A DNA stretch of 64,000 nt, taken from the IMG/VR virus record IMGVR_UViG_3300029893_000001, positions 328,329 through 392,328 of that record; one strand, given 5' to 3'. The position numbers and the translations under genes are program-made. A model generated the notes under the pieces. That model did no database searches. It had not been told where the DNA came from and saw only the letters and a program-made list of their open reading frames with translations. Positions 53,555 to 64,000 of the stretch are shown piece after piece. Each line of letters begins with the position of its first letter. Position 1 is the stretch's first letter.

Positions 53555-54010
53555 TTAGATTCCCACCCTTTCCGCACACTCGGGACCGAAGCCAGTCCGA
53601 ATGGATTCCGGTACGGTGAGCTGTCGACCGCAGCGTCCGCAGCGTCCGGCGTGATGAAACTCGAACTCGATCGGGAAGTCCCTCTGGTCGTGGAAGAGGC
53701 GCTGGAAGAACCATTTCCAGGCCACTGCCGACGGAGCGGCCTCGCTGATTTGCCCCCTACTGGAGTGCTTGAAGCGCGGCGGGTGAGTGTGCCTTTCGAA
53801 ACCGTAGGCTGGGAAGATGGTTCCGAAGAACCGATAGTCGCTGGTATTGTCCGGGCCGTTCAGAAGGGACACCCAGAAGATGTCGCCCTTCTTCTTCTGA
53901 GTCACCTTGAACGTGTACCGGCCTTTGCTGAGCCGGTTTTCGATTGTGAAGATCGCATGCCCCCCGAGGACGAAGCGGCGAATATCAGGCTTGGAATGGA
54001 TGAGCGACAT
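53555..54010 (-). CDS. DUF6011-like zinc-finger protein
   Basis: CGRCGRQLTVPESIRTGFGPECAER; GGAGG RBS; promoter 54045-54060. Confidence 0.8.
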   Translation of the reverse strand: MSLIHSKPDIRRFVLGGHAIFTIENRLSKGRYTFKVTQKKKGDIFWVSLLNGPDNTSDYRFFGTIFPAYGFERHTHPPRFKHSSRGQISEAAPSAVAWKWFFQRLFHDQRDFPIEFEFHHAGRCGRCGRQLTVPESIRTGFGPECAERVGI

Positions 54011-54125
54011 GATGATTACCTCCCGCTGATTTTTGTCCTCGGTTAGTATCGGCAGGGTCCGGTTCAATCAAAATCTCCTGGCAGTTATTTGGGGACGTCA
54101 CTTCCCTCCACCGGAGAATATTGAT

Positions 54126-54944
54126 ATGGCTAGGGTAACAATCACCAACAACCAAAGCAGCCAGTACGTAGTCCCTGCTCCTATTAGGAAGAGGCTTACG
54201 GCGGGTGAAACCGAAATCTTTGACGGCGTGTCCCTCACCGAAATGGAACGGTCTGTTCCATTTAAGGACGCTATGGAGGCCGGCACGATTACTGTCGTGG
54301 TAGGCTCCGATCCCAGCGTCCCTGATTCGATTGAGCTTTCTCCGGTTAGCGTTCACCTTAGTGGCAAGGGTGCAAATCTCCGCACGGATGAGTTCACTAA
54401 CCCTGCGGCAGCAGATGTTGACGCCATTAAGACATCCATTGCAACTGCTGATGCACAGCAGGTGTATTCCGGTGCTGCTCTTAACGGCGCTGTCGGCTCC
54501 GATGAAATGATTCCTCCGCGTAATCCCACCGTGACCTCATCGGCTCACGCGGATGTAGATGCAGTCGCTGTTGTTTTCTCGGGCTTCGTTAGAAACGAAG
54601 CAGGAGAACTTGTGGCCCAGACATGCACTGTTACCGTCACAGACGGTGGTGGTGTCACAGACGCAGGCGATAGGCCTATGAGTATTGTGAGTTCTATCAC
54701 AGTACCAGCCATGGCCGGCACCGGCGGCTCTCTCCAGTTTGGATTTGGAGATATGCTTGGCCTGGCGGCTAAGATGAAATCTCGTGCTGGTCTCCTCGCT
54801 CCTATTCGCCAGGTAGTTGCCGGGGCGGTAGTCACTACAGGCACGTTTGCTACCCCGTCTGGAAGCGCTGTCACCGGTTACACGGCAGCGTCGGTGCCAG
54901 ACGGCACCCGCGACTACGCTCTTACGTACGAAGTCGACGCCTGA
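54126..54944 (+). CDS. Putative virion structural (decoration-type) protein
   Basis: Ala/Gly/Thr/Val-rich; plus strand; GGAG RBS; N-terminal domain shared with 4180-5886; followed by a bidirectional terminator. Confidence 0.65.
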   Translation: MARVTITNNQSSQYVVPAPIRKRLTAGETEIFDGVSLTEMERSVPFKDAMEAGTITVVVGSDPSVPDSIELSPVSVHLSGKGANLRTDEFTNPAAADVDAIKTSIATADAQQVYSGAALNGAVGSDEMIPPRNPTVTSSAHADVDAVAVVFSGFVRNEAGELVAQTCTVTVTDGGGVTDAGDRPMSIVSSITVPAMAGTGGSLQFGFGDMLGLAAKMKSRAGLLAPIRQVVAGAVVTTGTFATPSGSAVTGYTAASVPDGTRDYALTYEVDA

Positions 54945-54961
54945 TCGTAGGACAGAAAAAC

Positions 54962-54998
54962 AAAAAAAGGGCAGGCCATTTCTGGCCTGCCCTTTTTT
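54962..54998. terminator. Bidirectional intrinsic terminator between convergent genes
   Basis: A-tract-GGGCAGGCCA-TTTC-TGGCCTGCCC-T-tract. Confidence 0.9.
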
Positions 54999-55900
54999 CT
55001 TACTCTCTCGGAGTCGTGCCAGGATCGACGGCACCCCGCCCGATCATGTAGTACGACGATCGCTCTTCGGGTTCTTTGTTGAGGACCCGATCGATCGCCT
55101 CATCGATTGCAGTTCGGTTCTCTCGAATGAATTGACGAAGCTTTCGCTCGCCACCCATTTCGGACCGCCACCACCTGTAGAGACCCTCGTCGTTCCGAAC
55201 CCAGAGTTCTCGCTCTTCGTCGTTTCGCGAGCGCTTCCCCACGTTCAACACTCCTTCCATGGCGCCACGGTGAATCCGACGTCAGCCTCATCAGGGAAGC
55301 GGTCGCACATTTCCCTGTACGCCTCGCCGGCCGAATTCGCTCGGATGTAGTACCCCTGACGCGCTGAGGTATCCATCGCACCTGGAACGTTCTTACCGAT
55401 GTACGGAGCCTCACGAGTACATCGGTACATGAACGAACCGTGCTGTTCCTTCTTTTCAGGTGCCATGATTACTTCCGGGTCGGGCGGTATGGAATCGTGG
55501 TGTCCCGCGTCTCGTAGAGGCGATCCCTCTGAATCATCCTAGCGATGTACTTCTCCTCACGGTCGAATGACGGAGGAGGAAAGGCTGGAGGGAACATCTG
55601 GCCCTTGTATTCATTGTACGGCTCGGCCATCAGCACATCCCCCTGACGTGCTGGTACTTCTCGTTGACCAGCTTCCAGTACCGTCTCATGGACATGAGCT
55701 TCTTTCCAGCCCCACGATGAATGATCGTCCGATTTCCCTTCTTGTTGAGAGAGCTTCGAGCAATCACCGAAGGGCTATCCGGGTAGGTGGCAGCCCGCAC
55801 CTCCGCCTCTTCCCTGGATGGGTGGAAGGACACCAAAGGCTTTCGGCCTTCGATGTTCTTCACCGACACTCGGTAGATGTATCGTGCCATCTTGTTCTCC

Positions 55901-56617
55901 TCAGTCGCAGAAGATTTGGCCGTCGTCGCCGACGTAGAAGTACGTCTCTCCGAACTTCTTACAGGCTTCCGTGAGCTTCTTGCCCACATCTCCCAGCCCG
56001 CGGTCCCAGAATCCGACCCCGTGCCCCTGACGCGTCAACCAGAAGTCGTGCCCTGCCAGCGCCGGCCCCGTGTAGCCGTCTCGTGGCGCGTACATCTCGT
56101 ATGCCGCGGCGAGAAGCTCGGCGTTGTCTTGCTGAAACTTCTGGCAGTCGGACTTGATCTTGACCATCGATTCGGAGGCGATGTCGTGAACTCCGTAGTG
56201 GTCCTCCAGAGGATCGTCCGCGTCGTCGGAGCTGCTCCACAGAGCGGCTTCGATATACGCCTCGGTGAACTCGTCGAGTTCCTCCTGATTGCCTTCGAGA
56301 CATGCCAGGAGTGCTCGCATCACGTCTTGGCTGGCCTTGACTTCGGTAGGAAGCTCTCCGAGATTTCCACGCATCATCTCGATGAGATCGTTCGCGGATT
56401 CCTCACTGAGATCCCACTGCCACATTTCCTCGTCGCGGCCAGCTCGGACGGCACGGCCAGTCTCGGCGGAGCGTCCGTAGAACTCCGGGTGCTCCTTGAT
56501 ATTCATCCCGGTGCCCCACGAGGCCCACGAGAAGAATGCCTGCTTGATATTGATGTCGTTCGACTGGACGATGATGTTATCTCCGTCCCGACGTACCTTG
56601 ATTCGAGTGATCGACAT
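55901..56617 (-). CDS. Conserved acidic phage protein (GHDFWLTRxGHGxGFWDR type)
   Basis: Motif AGHDFWLTRQGHGVGFWDR; GGAGG RBS; promoter 56636-56651. Confidence 0.75.
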   Translation of the reverse strand: MSITRIKVRRDGDNIIVQSNDINIKQAFFSWASWGTGMNIKEHPEFYGRSAETGRAVRAGRDEEMWQWDLSEESANDLIEMMRGNLGELPTEVKASQDVMRALLACLEGNQEELDEFTEAYIEAALWSSSDDADDPLEDHYGVHDIASESMVKIKSDCQKFQQDNAELLAAAYEMYAPRDGYTGPALAGHDFWLTRQGHGVGFWDRGLGDVGKKLTEACKKFGETYFYVGDDGQIFCD

Positions 56618-56649
56618 TATTGCCTCCTCACTTTTATTATCAGCCGGGT

Positions 56650-57006
56650 TCACGCCTTGTGGATCCAGACCTCACCGAGGACCTTTCTGATCCTCACCAG
56701 GATAGAAGAGCATCCTGATGGGATGTCTTTGTCCCATCCATTCTTTCTGGCCTCGGTGGTGCTCTTGAAAACCGACAGCGACTTCAAGAGCTGTGGCATT
56801 CTCCAGTCAGGAGGGGCCGTGAAAAGAAACGTTCCCTTCTGTGGAATAGAGATAGCGGCCTCTTCGTCGGAAAGTTCCCCGATAAGAACAGTCCCAAAGT
56901 CTTGCACCTGAATCAGGGAGGTCCCCTTGAAGGCACAAGTACGAGGAAGGTAGCTCACAAAATCTGCAAGATTGATCGGAGCAACATCGAGATTCACTCT
57001 ATTCAT
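56650..57006 (-). CDS. Hypothetical protein with a possible S4-like RNA-binding motif
   Basis: QLLKSLSVFKSTTEARKNG resembles the S4 LxxxGxxxSxSEARR helix pair. Confidence 0.4.
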   Translation of the reverse strand: MNRVNLDVAPINLADFVSYLPRTCAFKGTSLIQVQDFGTVLIGELSDEEAAISIPQKGTFLFTAPPDWRMPQLLKSLSVFKSTTEARKNGWDKDIPSGCSSILVRIRKVLGEVWIHKA

Positions 57007-58013
57007 GATTAGTCCTGCCTCGTCTACAGTGCATCCACCTTGACACGTGCTGCGTAGAGAGCCACCGAAGCCTCCTCCAGCTTTTCAGCAGCAGGCTCAG
57101 TGACTTCCTTCTTCCAATTGGTTTCCCTAAGTCTACGAAGAAGATTGTTGATCTCGTCGTTGATAGCGACTAGCTCTTGGCGGTCGTGGTCCATATTAGT
57201 TCTTCTCCTCCCCGAGTGAAACGAACTCGTTTACGTATGCCTTGCGGTACACTTCCTTGACTTCCGAATCCATGATCGAAGCGTAACTCTCCGACTCACC
57301 AAGGCGCTCTTCGGCCTCAGCCTCGTCGAGAACGGCCTCCGGGTCACCATCGAGGATTGCTTCGACTTCCGTTCTTGCATCGGCCCGAGCATTCTTCTCG
57401 ACGTGTCTAAGAAACTGCTTGAATAGAGGAGTCATAGTTCCTCGTAGTGCCACTCGCGATCAGCGTGAACGTCTTGCTTGTTGAGCTTGCGGTTCCAGTA
57501 CTCCAGGAGAGGTGCAATCTTCTGGCTCGGCATTAGGAAGACAGAGCTTACTCCGCTTTGTCCGGAAACCTTTTCCGTCCATCGGTACTTGACTTCCTTG
57601 ATGAAAACGTCAGATCGGTCTCGCGAGTAATGAATGCCGGCTTCGTAGTATTGAGTGGTCATTTCGGTCTCCTACATGTCTCCCCAAAACCAATCCTTCC
57701 CGCAGTCTGGGCAACTAGTTGCCATCGGGCCGGCTGGAGTAGAGTGCTTGCATTTATTTCGAAGAGACACGTACTCCTTTTGTAGTACGCGAAGCTCCTC
57801 TTCGAGCTTATGACGTTTGTCGTCTAGCTCTTTTCTCTTTGATCTGATTTCTTCAGGAGACATGGTAGAGTCCAGGTTAAATGCGAAAGGGGGCGGGCCA
57901 CCGGCCCGCCCCCTTTCAGAGGAGTCTAGCTGCTGCGAGCAGCACACCGGAGGCAATTGCGAGGAGGGCGACGACTTGCGCCATTCGCAGCAGTAGAACC
58001 TCGTCGTTCATGA

Positions 58014-58343
58014 CTAGAACCCGACCGCCAGCTTCTCGAACAGCGGCTCCGTCAGGAAGTACGAACCGGGAGCGTTCTCGTCCTCGAACACCTCGCGGCT
58101 GTTCAGCTCGACGTTGCTCACCTTCTCCAGGAACTTCTGGATCTTCTTCTTGGGGAGCCCTGTCTCCTCGGCGATCTCCGCCGCCGAGAGCGAGTCGCCG
58201 CCGGCATCCCGAAGGCACTCGATGATGCGCTCCTTGCTGGAGAGCGTGCGGGTGATGAGTTGCGGCGCGTCCTCGCTCGCCTCGTCCGTCTCGTAGCGCT
58301 CCGGGATTTCGCTGCCGCTCGACATGTGGGAGAGATTCAGCAT
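58014..58343 (-). CDS. Winged-helix/HTH DNA-binding protein
   Basis: RIIECLRDAGGDSLSAAEIAEETGLPKKKIQKFLEK; AAGGAG RBS; promoter 58388-58403. Confidence 0.65.
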   Translation of the reverse strand: MLNLSHMSSGSEIPERYETDEASEDAPQLITRTLSSKERIIECLRDAGGDSLSAAEIAEETGLPKKKIQKFLEKVSNVELNSREVFEDENAPGSYFLTEPLFEKLAVGF

Positions 58344-59258
58344 TGATTACTTCTCCTTCGGCGACCCTTTGCCGCCTTGTGCTGACTACTATCGGCGGGG
58401 TTCACGCTTCTACGGAGAAGCGGCGCGGCGAGCGTCGTGGAGCTTCGAGAGCAGTTCCTTGAATTGCCGACGCTTGGTTTCTGGAGTGGCTCCTCCGAGC
58501 ACTTTTGTGTCCTCGTTAATGCGCTCCATATGTTCGATCAGGAGCAACAGCTCTTCTAGGGAAAGCTCTAGATAGACCATCTCACACCACTTGCGTCTTG
58601 TCGAGATCGAGTTCTGACGCTACCAGATCGTAGGTGTCGGTGGGTAGAGCGGGTCCTCCACCGTCGGCAAGAATCGCATTGACCTTATCGAAGGCTTCTT
58701 GGATTCGTCGTTCAGAGTTGGGGGCAAAGTGCTGCTCTGCTAGAGCGCAGTGGAGACACTTGCGATCGCAGGAGGCGCACACTCGACGCACGACCTTAGC
58801 AGCCTCCCGGTACCCAACGCTCCTATCCTCTCGAATCCTGTTCATCTCGGCAAGTGCCTTGGCTCTTCCGTGCTCATAGAAGAACTTACGGTCGGAAAGA
58901 AGACGATCTTCGTAATCCTTCCTTTGCCTTTCGAGCACCACTTCCCACATCTTACGATTCCTCGTGATGTAGAACATCGCGATCGCGGAGAGTATCCCCA
59001 GCAGAGCAAGCACTCCCAGGGTACTTCCAGTAACAACCTCCACCACTGTTTCCATAACGGATTCATCCTTTCAGATGAGATCTCTTTCGATTCCGTACTC
59101 GGCGACTCTGACTCCACGAATGCGTTTGGCCCTCTTCTCTAGAGCCTCTTCGAGTTCGTCGAGAATCGCCTCAGCCTTGCTCTTGCTCGGGGTCCGCAGG
59201 ATCTCCTTGATCGGATCTCCTGATTCATCGTAGGCAATGATATTGTAGGCCCACTTCA

Positions 59259-59753
59259 TCAGCCCTCGAACTCCATGAAGAAGTCGAGCACCTCATCTTC
59301 CGACGGATTGGAGAACCTGTACTCACGGGGCCAGAACTTCATCGGATCCTCGAAGCGCTTCTCCATGTTCTTGACGTGACCCAGCGCAACGCCGTGGACG
59401 TTCCGTTGTGCCGCCGTAATAGCATCGATATCAAGACGAACGATGCCCGTCTTGTATCCATATGCCCGTCCGGCCTGGACGTAGGGAGCCATCTCCCAAT
59501 TTTGCGTATGAGTATTGTCCACCACGACCAGACGCTCGCCCCTCTGGAGAGCCTCGACCGCCGTCCGGAAGCACAGCCCATGGCCGTCGGCCAGCTTCGA
59601 GGGATCGAAGCGGTACACTCCTTCGGAGTCGAGGTGGATGAAATCGGCCGAGCAGTGGACGAGCGTCGGCACGATGATCTTCAACACCTCGGTGAACGTG
59701 GACTTACCTGCTCCCGAGATTCCTCGAAGGATGATTAGACTCTGCATCTTCAT
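59259..59753 (-). CDS. P-loop kinase (AAA_33 / N4BP2-like polynucleotide kinase)
   Basis: LRGISGAGKST, CSAD, VVVDNTH and RNVHGV motifs. Confidence 0.85.
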   Translation of the reverse strand: MKMQSLIILRGISGAGKSTFTEVLKIIVPTLVHCSADFIHLDSEGVYRFDPSKLADGHGLCFRTAVEALQRGERLVVVDNTHTQNWEMAPYVQAGRAYGYKTGIVRLDIDAITAAQRNVHGVALGHVKNMEKRFEDPMKFWPREYRFSNPSEDEVLDFFMEFEG

Positions 59754-60671
59754 CGCTTTTCGCCTTCCTCGATTTCTCTGATCGATCGGATGTGGACGTG
59801 CTCGTACGTCTTTCCCCATTCCTCACGGGCCACTGACTCTGCCGACTCTCGGTCGGGAGCATCCACTTCGAGATCCGGTAGCATGTAGAAGATTCCGATA
59901 GCCCCGACTTGGCGCCCTTCGGCACGGACCTTGAACCTCATGGCTTTTCGTCTCCGCTTATTCAGCTCTGAATTACGTATCATCTGGCGCGGCACTAGGC
60001 CAACTATCAAGAAAGTCGACAAGAGACTTAAGGATCTTGTAGTCTTCCATTCCTAGTCTCTTTTCACAGAAAGTTACTAGTTGCTGGAAGGTCTTGATGC
60101 CACTAGCCTCCTTAAGCAAAGCACGTTCTTCTTGTAGTGTGATGTCCTCGTTGGTAAACATCTCACCAACTATTGGCTTGATACGCTGATTTACGTACGC
60201 CAAAACTAGCTTGTAGTTTGAACTACCCATCTTGTTCCAATTCGCTACTATCGTCTGGGTTCGTTAGCGCCGAGGCATCATCCACGGCCACGCGAAAAGG
60301 CACGTCGCGTAATCAAGAAGCGTAGGGCGCGGACCCTCAGGCGGGCTAGTGATGAATGCCGCTAGGCACCACCACAATCCAGCAGCCAGATACAGAAGAC
60401 CAAGACCAGCGAGAATCCAAAGGGGAATGAACATCAGTAACCTCCACTCCTTAAACGCAGAAAGAGCCGGGGTGGCCGACTCTTTCTACAGGACTATGAA
60501 AGTTTCTGACCGACGTGGGGACGCTCGCCCCTCACTTGCTCGACGAATGTCGGTAGGCCGGTCTTTCGCTGTGCCTTTCGTGCACATTCCTGAGCCTCGG
60601 AGAGCAGAGCCTCCCCGAAGACTCCGAGGACAATGCGACCTTCGCTGGTCACGACGTGCCAGGTTGGCTTG

Positions 60672-61028
60672 TCAGTCTCCATCCCACACACCGTCCGGTC
60701 GAAGCTGTGCCATTGCGATCAGCTGGAACAGTGGACGCTTGGCATTTCCCTCCGTGGGGCTCCAGTAGTCTTCGTCCACGTCGTCCCCGAGTTGCTCTGC
60801 TGCCCTCTGGAGAACCGGAATCGATTCCGCTCCGGTCATCCCGTAGATGGTACGGATTCCCTTCTCCCCGAACACTCGGTAGTAGTGCTTGCTGTAGTTG
60901 TAGGTGATGTTCAGCGAGGCTTCCGTCGTGCCGCCCATCGCATACGTACCACCGCGCATGTGATGGATTGTGTCGAAGTGAATCGTCTCTTTCGAGACGG
61001 GGTCCTTCAGGTCGATGTCGTAGCTCAT
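60672..61028 (-). CDS. Conserved phage hypothetical protein (MSYDI...NITYN type)
   Basis: Motif pattern and GGAGG RBS. Confidence 0.65.
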   Translation of the reverse strand: MSYDIDLKDPVSKETIHFDTIHHMRGGTYAMGGTTEASLNITYNYSKHYYRVFGEKGIRTIYGMTGAESIPVLQRAAEQLGDDVDEDYWSPTEGNAKRPLFQLIAMAQLRPDGVWDGD

Positions 61029-61357
61029 CGTCAGTCCTCCGAGATTCCGAGAGCGACTCGCTCGACTCGCGTGAGCTTTGCGATCGCCTGTTCTCGGAGC
61101 TTCTTGACGTTTACGTGAGACATCTTCATCGTGATGTCTTCGACGAGGAAGTATGACTTGGAATCATTGTCATCTTCGTCGAGCACCGCGATGGCCTTCT
61201 TCTCTCCAGCGTAGGAGCGATACCCGCCGCCCTCTTTCTGGTAGGCCATCGCTTCCGCCTTTTGGAGGAAGTACTTCGGAGTGTGGCGTCGGTCTCCGTC
61301 GGTGTCGTCCACCTGATAGACCGTGACCAGATTTGCTGTGAGTGGCATCATGATTGA

Positions 61358-61936
61358 TTAGACCTCCTCTTCTTCGTGAGCATTCCAGTTGGCGACGAAG
61401 ACTGCCACCATGGATGGCGTCCAGGTTTCCCGGAAACCCTCGCCCTTCTCAGAATGGACCCAATTCAAGAACGCGTCTTGGGATTCCGATTGGGCCACAT
61501 CCGCCGGAACCTCGACCATCCCAGTATCCCAACCGTATTCGGTCAGGAAGTAGACCTCGATCTTCTTGAAGGACGGGATGGTACGGAACTTCAGGGCGTG
61601 AGCCTTGAGGTACACGGTGTGCTCGTCGCCCCAAAGGTCTCCCCGCTCGCCGTCGTACTCGACGTCGGAGTAGTCATCCTTCCAGCGAGCCCCGACCAGA
61701 GGGAAGCCTTCCATCTCGGAGAACACCTTGACCACTTCACGATCCGGGAACGTGTGGAATTCCCGGTGGTCGTGATGCATGACCGTCCCGATGCACTTCA
61801 CGATCTTCGGGAAGTACTCGGGATTCGTGAGGCTGCGATGAGCACCGACTCGGATGCGGTATCGCTTCCCCTGGAAATCGTACTCGGCTTCGAGATCGTA
61901 GCTGACCACGAACTTCGGATTCTCGTTATCGCTCAT
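61358..61936 (-). CDS. Hypothetical early protein
   Basis: GGAGG RBS; promoter 61971-61986. Confidence 0.7.
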   Translation of the reverse strand: MSDNENPKFVVSYDLEAEYDFQGKRYRIRVGAHRSLTNPEYFPKIVKCIGTVMHHDHREFHTFPDREVVKVFSEMEGFPLVGARWKDDYSDVEYDGERGDLWGDEHTVYLKAHALKFRTIPSFKKIEVYFLTEYGWDTGMVEVPADVAQSESQDAFLNWVHSEKGEGFRETWTPSMVAVFVANWNAHEEEEV

Positions 61937-61988
61937 GATTATTCCTCCGCTGCTGCCCTGGTTTCGCTTTACTATCAGCAGGGTTCGG

Positions 61989-62453
61989 TTAGCAGTGGTC
62001 CCAATCGTATGCAACGAGTCGACCGTCTACAGTGCGACCCACTTGCCCACCATCGATTCCCCATGTCCAATCTGGTTTCTCAGACCAACCAACATGTTCG
62101 ACATATTCCATCCGGAGTACAGCGATGCCAAGTTCTTTTCCCAAACTGTCGTCGAAGTTACATCGGGCAAGGAACTCGGGCTGTTCATCCCAAGAGTTTG
62201 CCTCGTAGAAGTTGGCGTGGAAACCGGTCTCATTGAGAGGGATCTTGATTACTTCGGTAGGGCTGATGCGAAAGCAGATCCGATTTCGTCCCTCTCCAAT
62301 CTCGGGACCGAAGCGGTCTCGGGCCTTTTCTATTGCTTCTCGGCAAACGCTTCTGAGTTTGTTTTCATCCTCAACTTCGACGATGAAGGACGGCTGCCTA
62401 AGCAGATTGATATCTTTGGAAGCCTTCGTCTTAGGTACGTATTTCTTAGGCAT
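61989..62453 (-). CDS. Minimal protein-kinase-like fold protein
   Basis: IGEGRNRICF..VIKIP...N..EA...LRMEYV resembles a kinase N-lobe and hinge; the C-lobe is very short. Confidence 0.45.
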   Translation of the reverse strand: MPKKYVPKTKASKDINLLRQPSFIVEVEDENKLRSVCREAIEKARDRFGPEIGEGRNRICFRISPTEVIKIPLNETGFHANFYEANSWDEQPEFLARCNFDDSLGKELGIAVLRMEYVEHVGWSEKPDWTWGIDGGQVGRTVDGRLVAYDWDHC

Positions 62454-63865
62454 CGTGAACTGGACACTGCCTTGTGATAGGAAGGTCTGCGTCGTTGCAG
62501 TTGCAGTAATAGATTGAACCATCCTCTACGACGGCCTCATCCGGTCCAGGAATCGGGGGACATTCTGAAATCGGTTCGCTCCACCACCATCCCTTCCAGG
62601 AAGTCCCTTCAACAAGTACGTGGTCAAGCCCCCGTACAGGATGCTGCGGGCAAAATAGGGCGCCGCTGGGTAGGCTCGCCACTGTAAGCAACCCAACTAC
62701 ATCCCAATTATTAGCCCGAGTCCAGTATACCCCAGGCTGATTCGGCATCACGCGCTGCCACATAAGACCTCCTTAAACGAGCAAGGGCCCCGCAGGGCCC
62801 ATGCTCAGAACGTCGCCGAGCCCGTACACCAGGCTTCAGCAATCTCTTGGAAGGGATCACTGTCGGGGTCCAGGTTCCAGTCGACTTGCTTGGCCAACTG
62901 CGGATTGGCTTCGATGATCCTGTCGATGGTGCTGACGTCCGAGTAGTCGATCAACTCGGACTCTGCCGTGACGATCATCTCGTTCAGATCGTTACTCACT
63001 TCGTCCAGCAAACCATCGACTTCGATGTAATCGTATCCAGCGAAGTGTAGCTCGTAAGACGGAGTGAGCGAGCAGATGTGGACGTGCAGATTGCGATCGA
63101 ACACGTACACTGTCCAGATCGCAGTCGTCATCTCCTGGATGTCTTCTCTCCAGAATCCGCGACAGGGAACCTTGACCAGCCAGTAGTCCGGCGGGACCTT
63201 GCGCTCCTCGGCGACGTCTTCCATGATTAGTCCTCCCACGGATCCCGATGGCGTCGAGGCCCGTAGATGTGAGTGTAGATGATACTATTGCCCCAAGGAT
63301 CGTTGCATCACTCCTGGAAGGGGACTTCCTGCTGGAACCCCTTTCGCTCCAGCAGATCCGTCATGGCATCCGCCATCTTCTGGGCCATTTCGTAGCCCAG
63401 GAATGTCGTGCCCAGCGAATCCTTGAACGTCTTGTCGGATCCCTGCCAACGAGACACGAATGTGAGGGTCTCGTGCGCTCGTTCGCTTTCTCCCGTCGCT
63501 TCTCTCGACAGGTAGATTCGCGCACCGTAGCCAGCCGCAGCCGGTGTCGTGAAGAACAGCTTGTGCTTTCTCATTATTCATCCCTCTCGATGGAAGCGGG
63601 TGCGGAGGCTTCAGCACTCGATGAAGAATCCGCCGTGGACCGTCATGACATTCGCGAACTGCTCCTCGTAGATATCGAGGACCTTCTGCGAAGTCTCGCC
63701 GAGTTCCACCGGCCTGAGCATGGCTCGGTAGATCCGAGACAGCCTGAGCCCCTCCCGTCGGAGAAGCGTCTTGAAACTCTCCTCCGTCAGGATGTATTCC
63801 ATGTCGAGATACGTACGCATCCAGCCGTTGAGGATACGTTCACGGTCCTTGTCGAGGTTCAACAT
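62446..63865 (-). other. Hypothetical early ORFs
   Basis: 62446-62763, 62805-63224, 63308-63574 and 63611-63865 with RBS; promoter 63900-63915. Confidence 0.65.
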
Positions 63866-64000
63866 TCTGCCCTCCCGGCGCCAGCCGTTGCTACTATTTA
63901 CTATCGGCTGGGTTCGCTACTCGCTCACGTGCGATGCGATCCAACCAGGACTGGTTCTCTGGAGAGTCGATCCGGGACACAACCTTTTCGACCCACTGCT

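Larger units (their letters stand above)
31925..62800 (-). terminator. Dispersed GC hairpin + TT(C)TCGCGTTTAA element, about 25-30 copies
   Basis: e.g. near 31925, 32683, 33376, 35923, 36405, 36887, 38121, 38961, 41080, 42845, 43712, 44229, 46569, 48579, 50347, 50727, 57877, 60451, 62773; nearly always right after a stop codon. Confidence 0.75.
3929..63915 (-). promoter_or_regulatory. Dispersed phage promoter motif GAACCC-N4-GATA(A/G/C/T)T, about 42 copies
   Basis: 16-mers starting (plus coordinates) at 3929, 12625, 20355, 21666, 25319, 28501, 31902, 32497, 32642, 33187, 33351, 33633, 34170, 34805, 35097, 35425, 35888, 36370, 36596, 36852, 37146, 38087, 38934, 39881, 40624, 41620, 41837, 43466, 44204, 44937, 46194, 46997, 47889, 49405, 50703, 52929, 54045, 56636, 58388, 60247, 61971, 63900; same strand, upstream of starts. 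Confidence 0.9.

Noticed and set aside
28153-56653. ORF-track starts such as MNPSDN (28518) and MNPADN (56653)
   Set aside because: These are translations of the promoter motif GTGAACCC-N4-GATAAT; the real starts are downstream at RBS-led codons
31196-62517. Long plus-strand ORFs in the track (e.g. 33781-34806, 48779-49669, 50976-51893, 55877-56911, 61376-62236) and 16192-17298
   Set aside because: They are antisense shadows of GC3-biased minus-strand genes, lack an RBS, and run across promoters and hairpins
1-64000. Alternative genetic code or integrated prophage
   Set aside because: Genes tile densely under code 11 using all three stops; no integrase, att site or flanking host operons were seen

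Overview
This window looks like part of a large lytic dsDNA bacteriophage (jumbo-phage-like) genome. It holds about 130 short, tightly packed, mostly hypothetical ORFs almost all on the minus strand, two tRNA genes, a few isolated plus-strand virion-type genes, and no core replication, capsid or terminase genes and no host housekeeping operons. The left half (1-31.3 kb) is operon-like and carries auxiliary and conflict enzymes: CoaB-like, ADP-ribosylglycohydrolase, AAA+ ATPase, M23 peptidase, a J-domain kinase/vWA/pyruvate-kinase-like operon, HD, HAD, nucleotidyltransferase, GNAT, 2H phosphoesterase, orphan HigA and HicB-like antitoxins, and an HNH nuclease. The right half (31.6-64 kb) looks like an early/host-takeover region built from promoter-gene-hairpin cassettes. 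The strongest unexplained signals are non-coding. (1) A promoter-like motif GAACCC-N4-GATA(A/G/C/T)T occurs about 42 times, always on the minus strand. (2) A hairpin-plus-TTTAA element occurs about 25-30 times. (3) A 17-bp palindrome CTCGCA-N5-TGCGAG occurs 15 times, only in 33.7-39.0 kb. (4) Six perfect A/T-tract palindromes sit back to back at 31.40-31.58 kb, at the boundary between the two halves. (5) There are at least five structured non-coding RNA candidates, including a roughly 950-nt ORF-poor RNA ending in a circularly permuted tRNA-like module enclosed by a 20-bp perfect stem. All protein family calls come from motif recognition by eye and all counts are manual; no searches were run.
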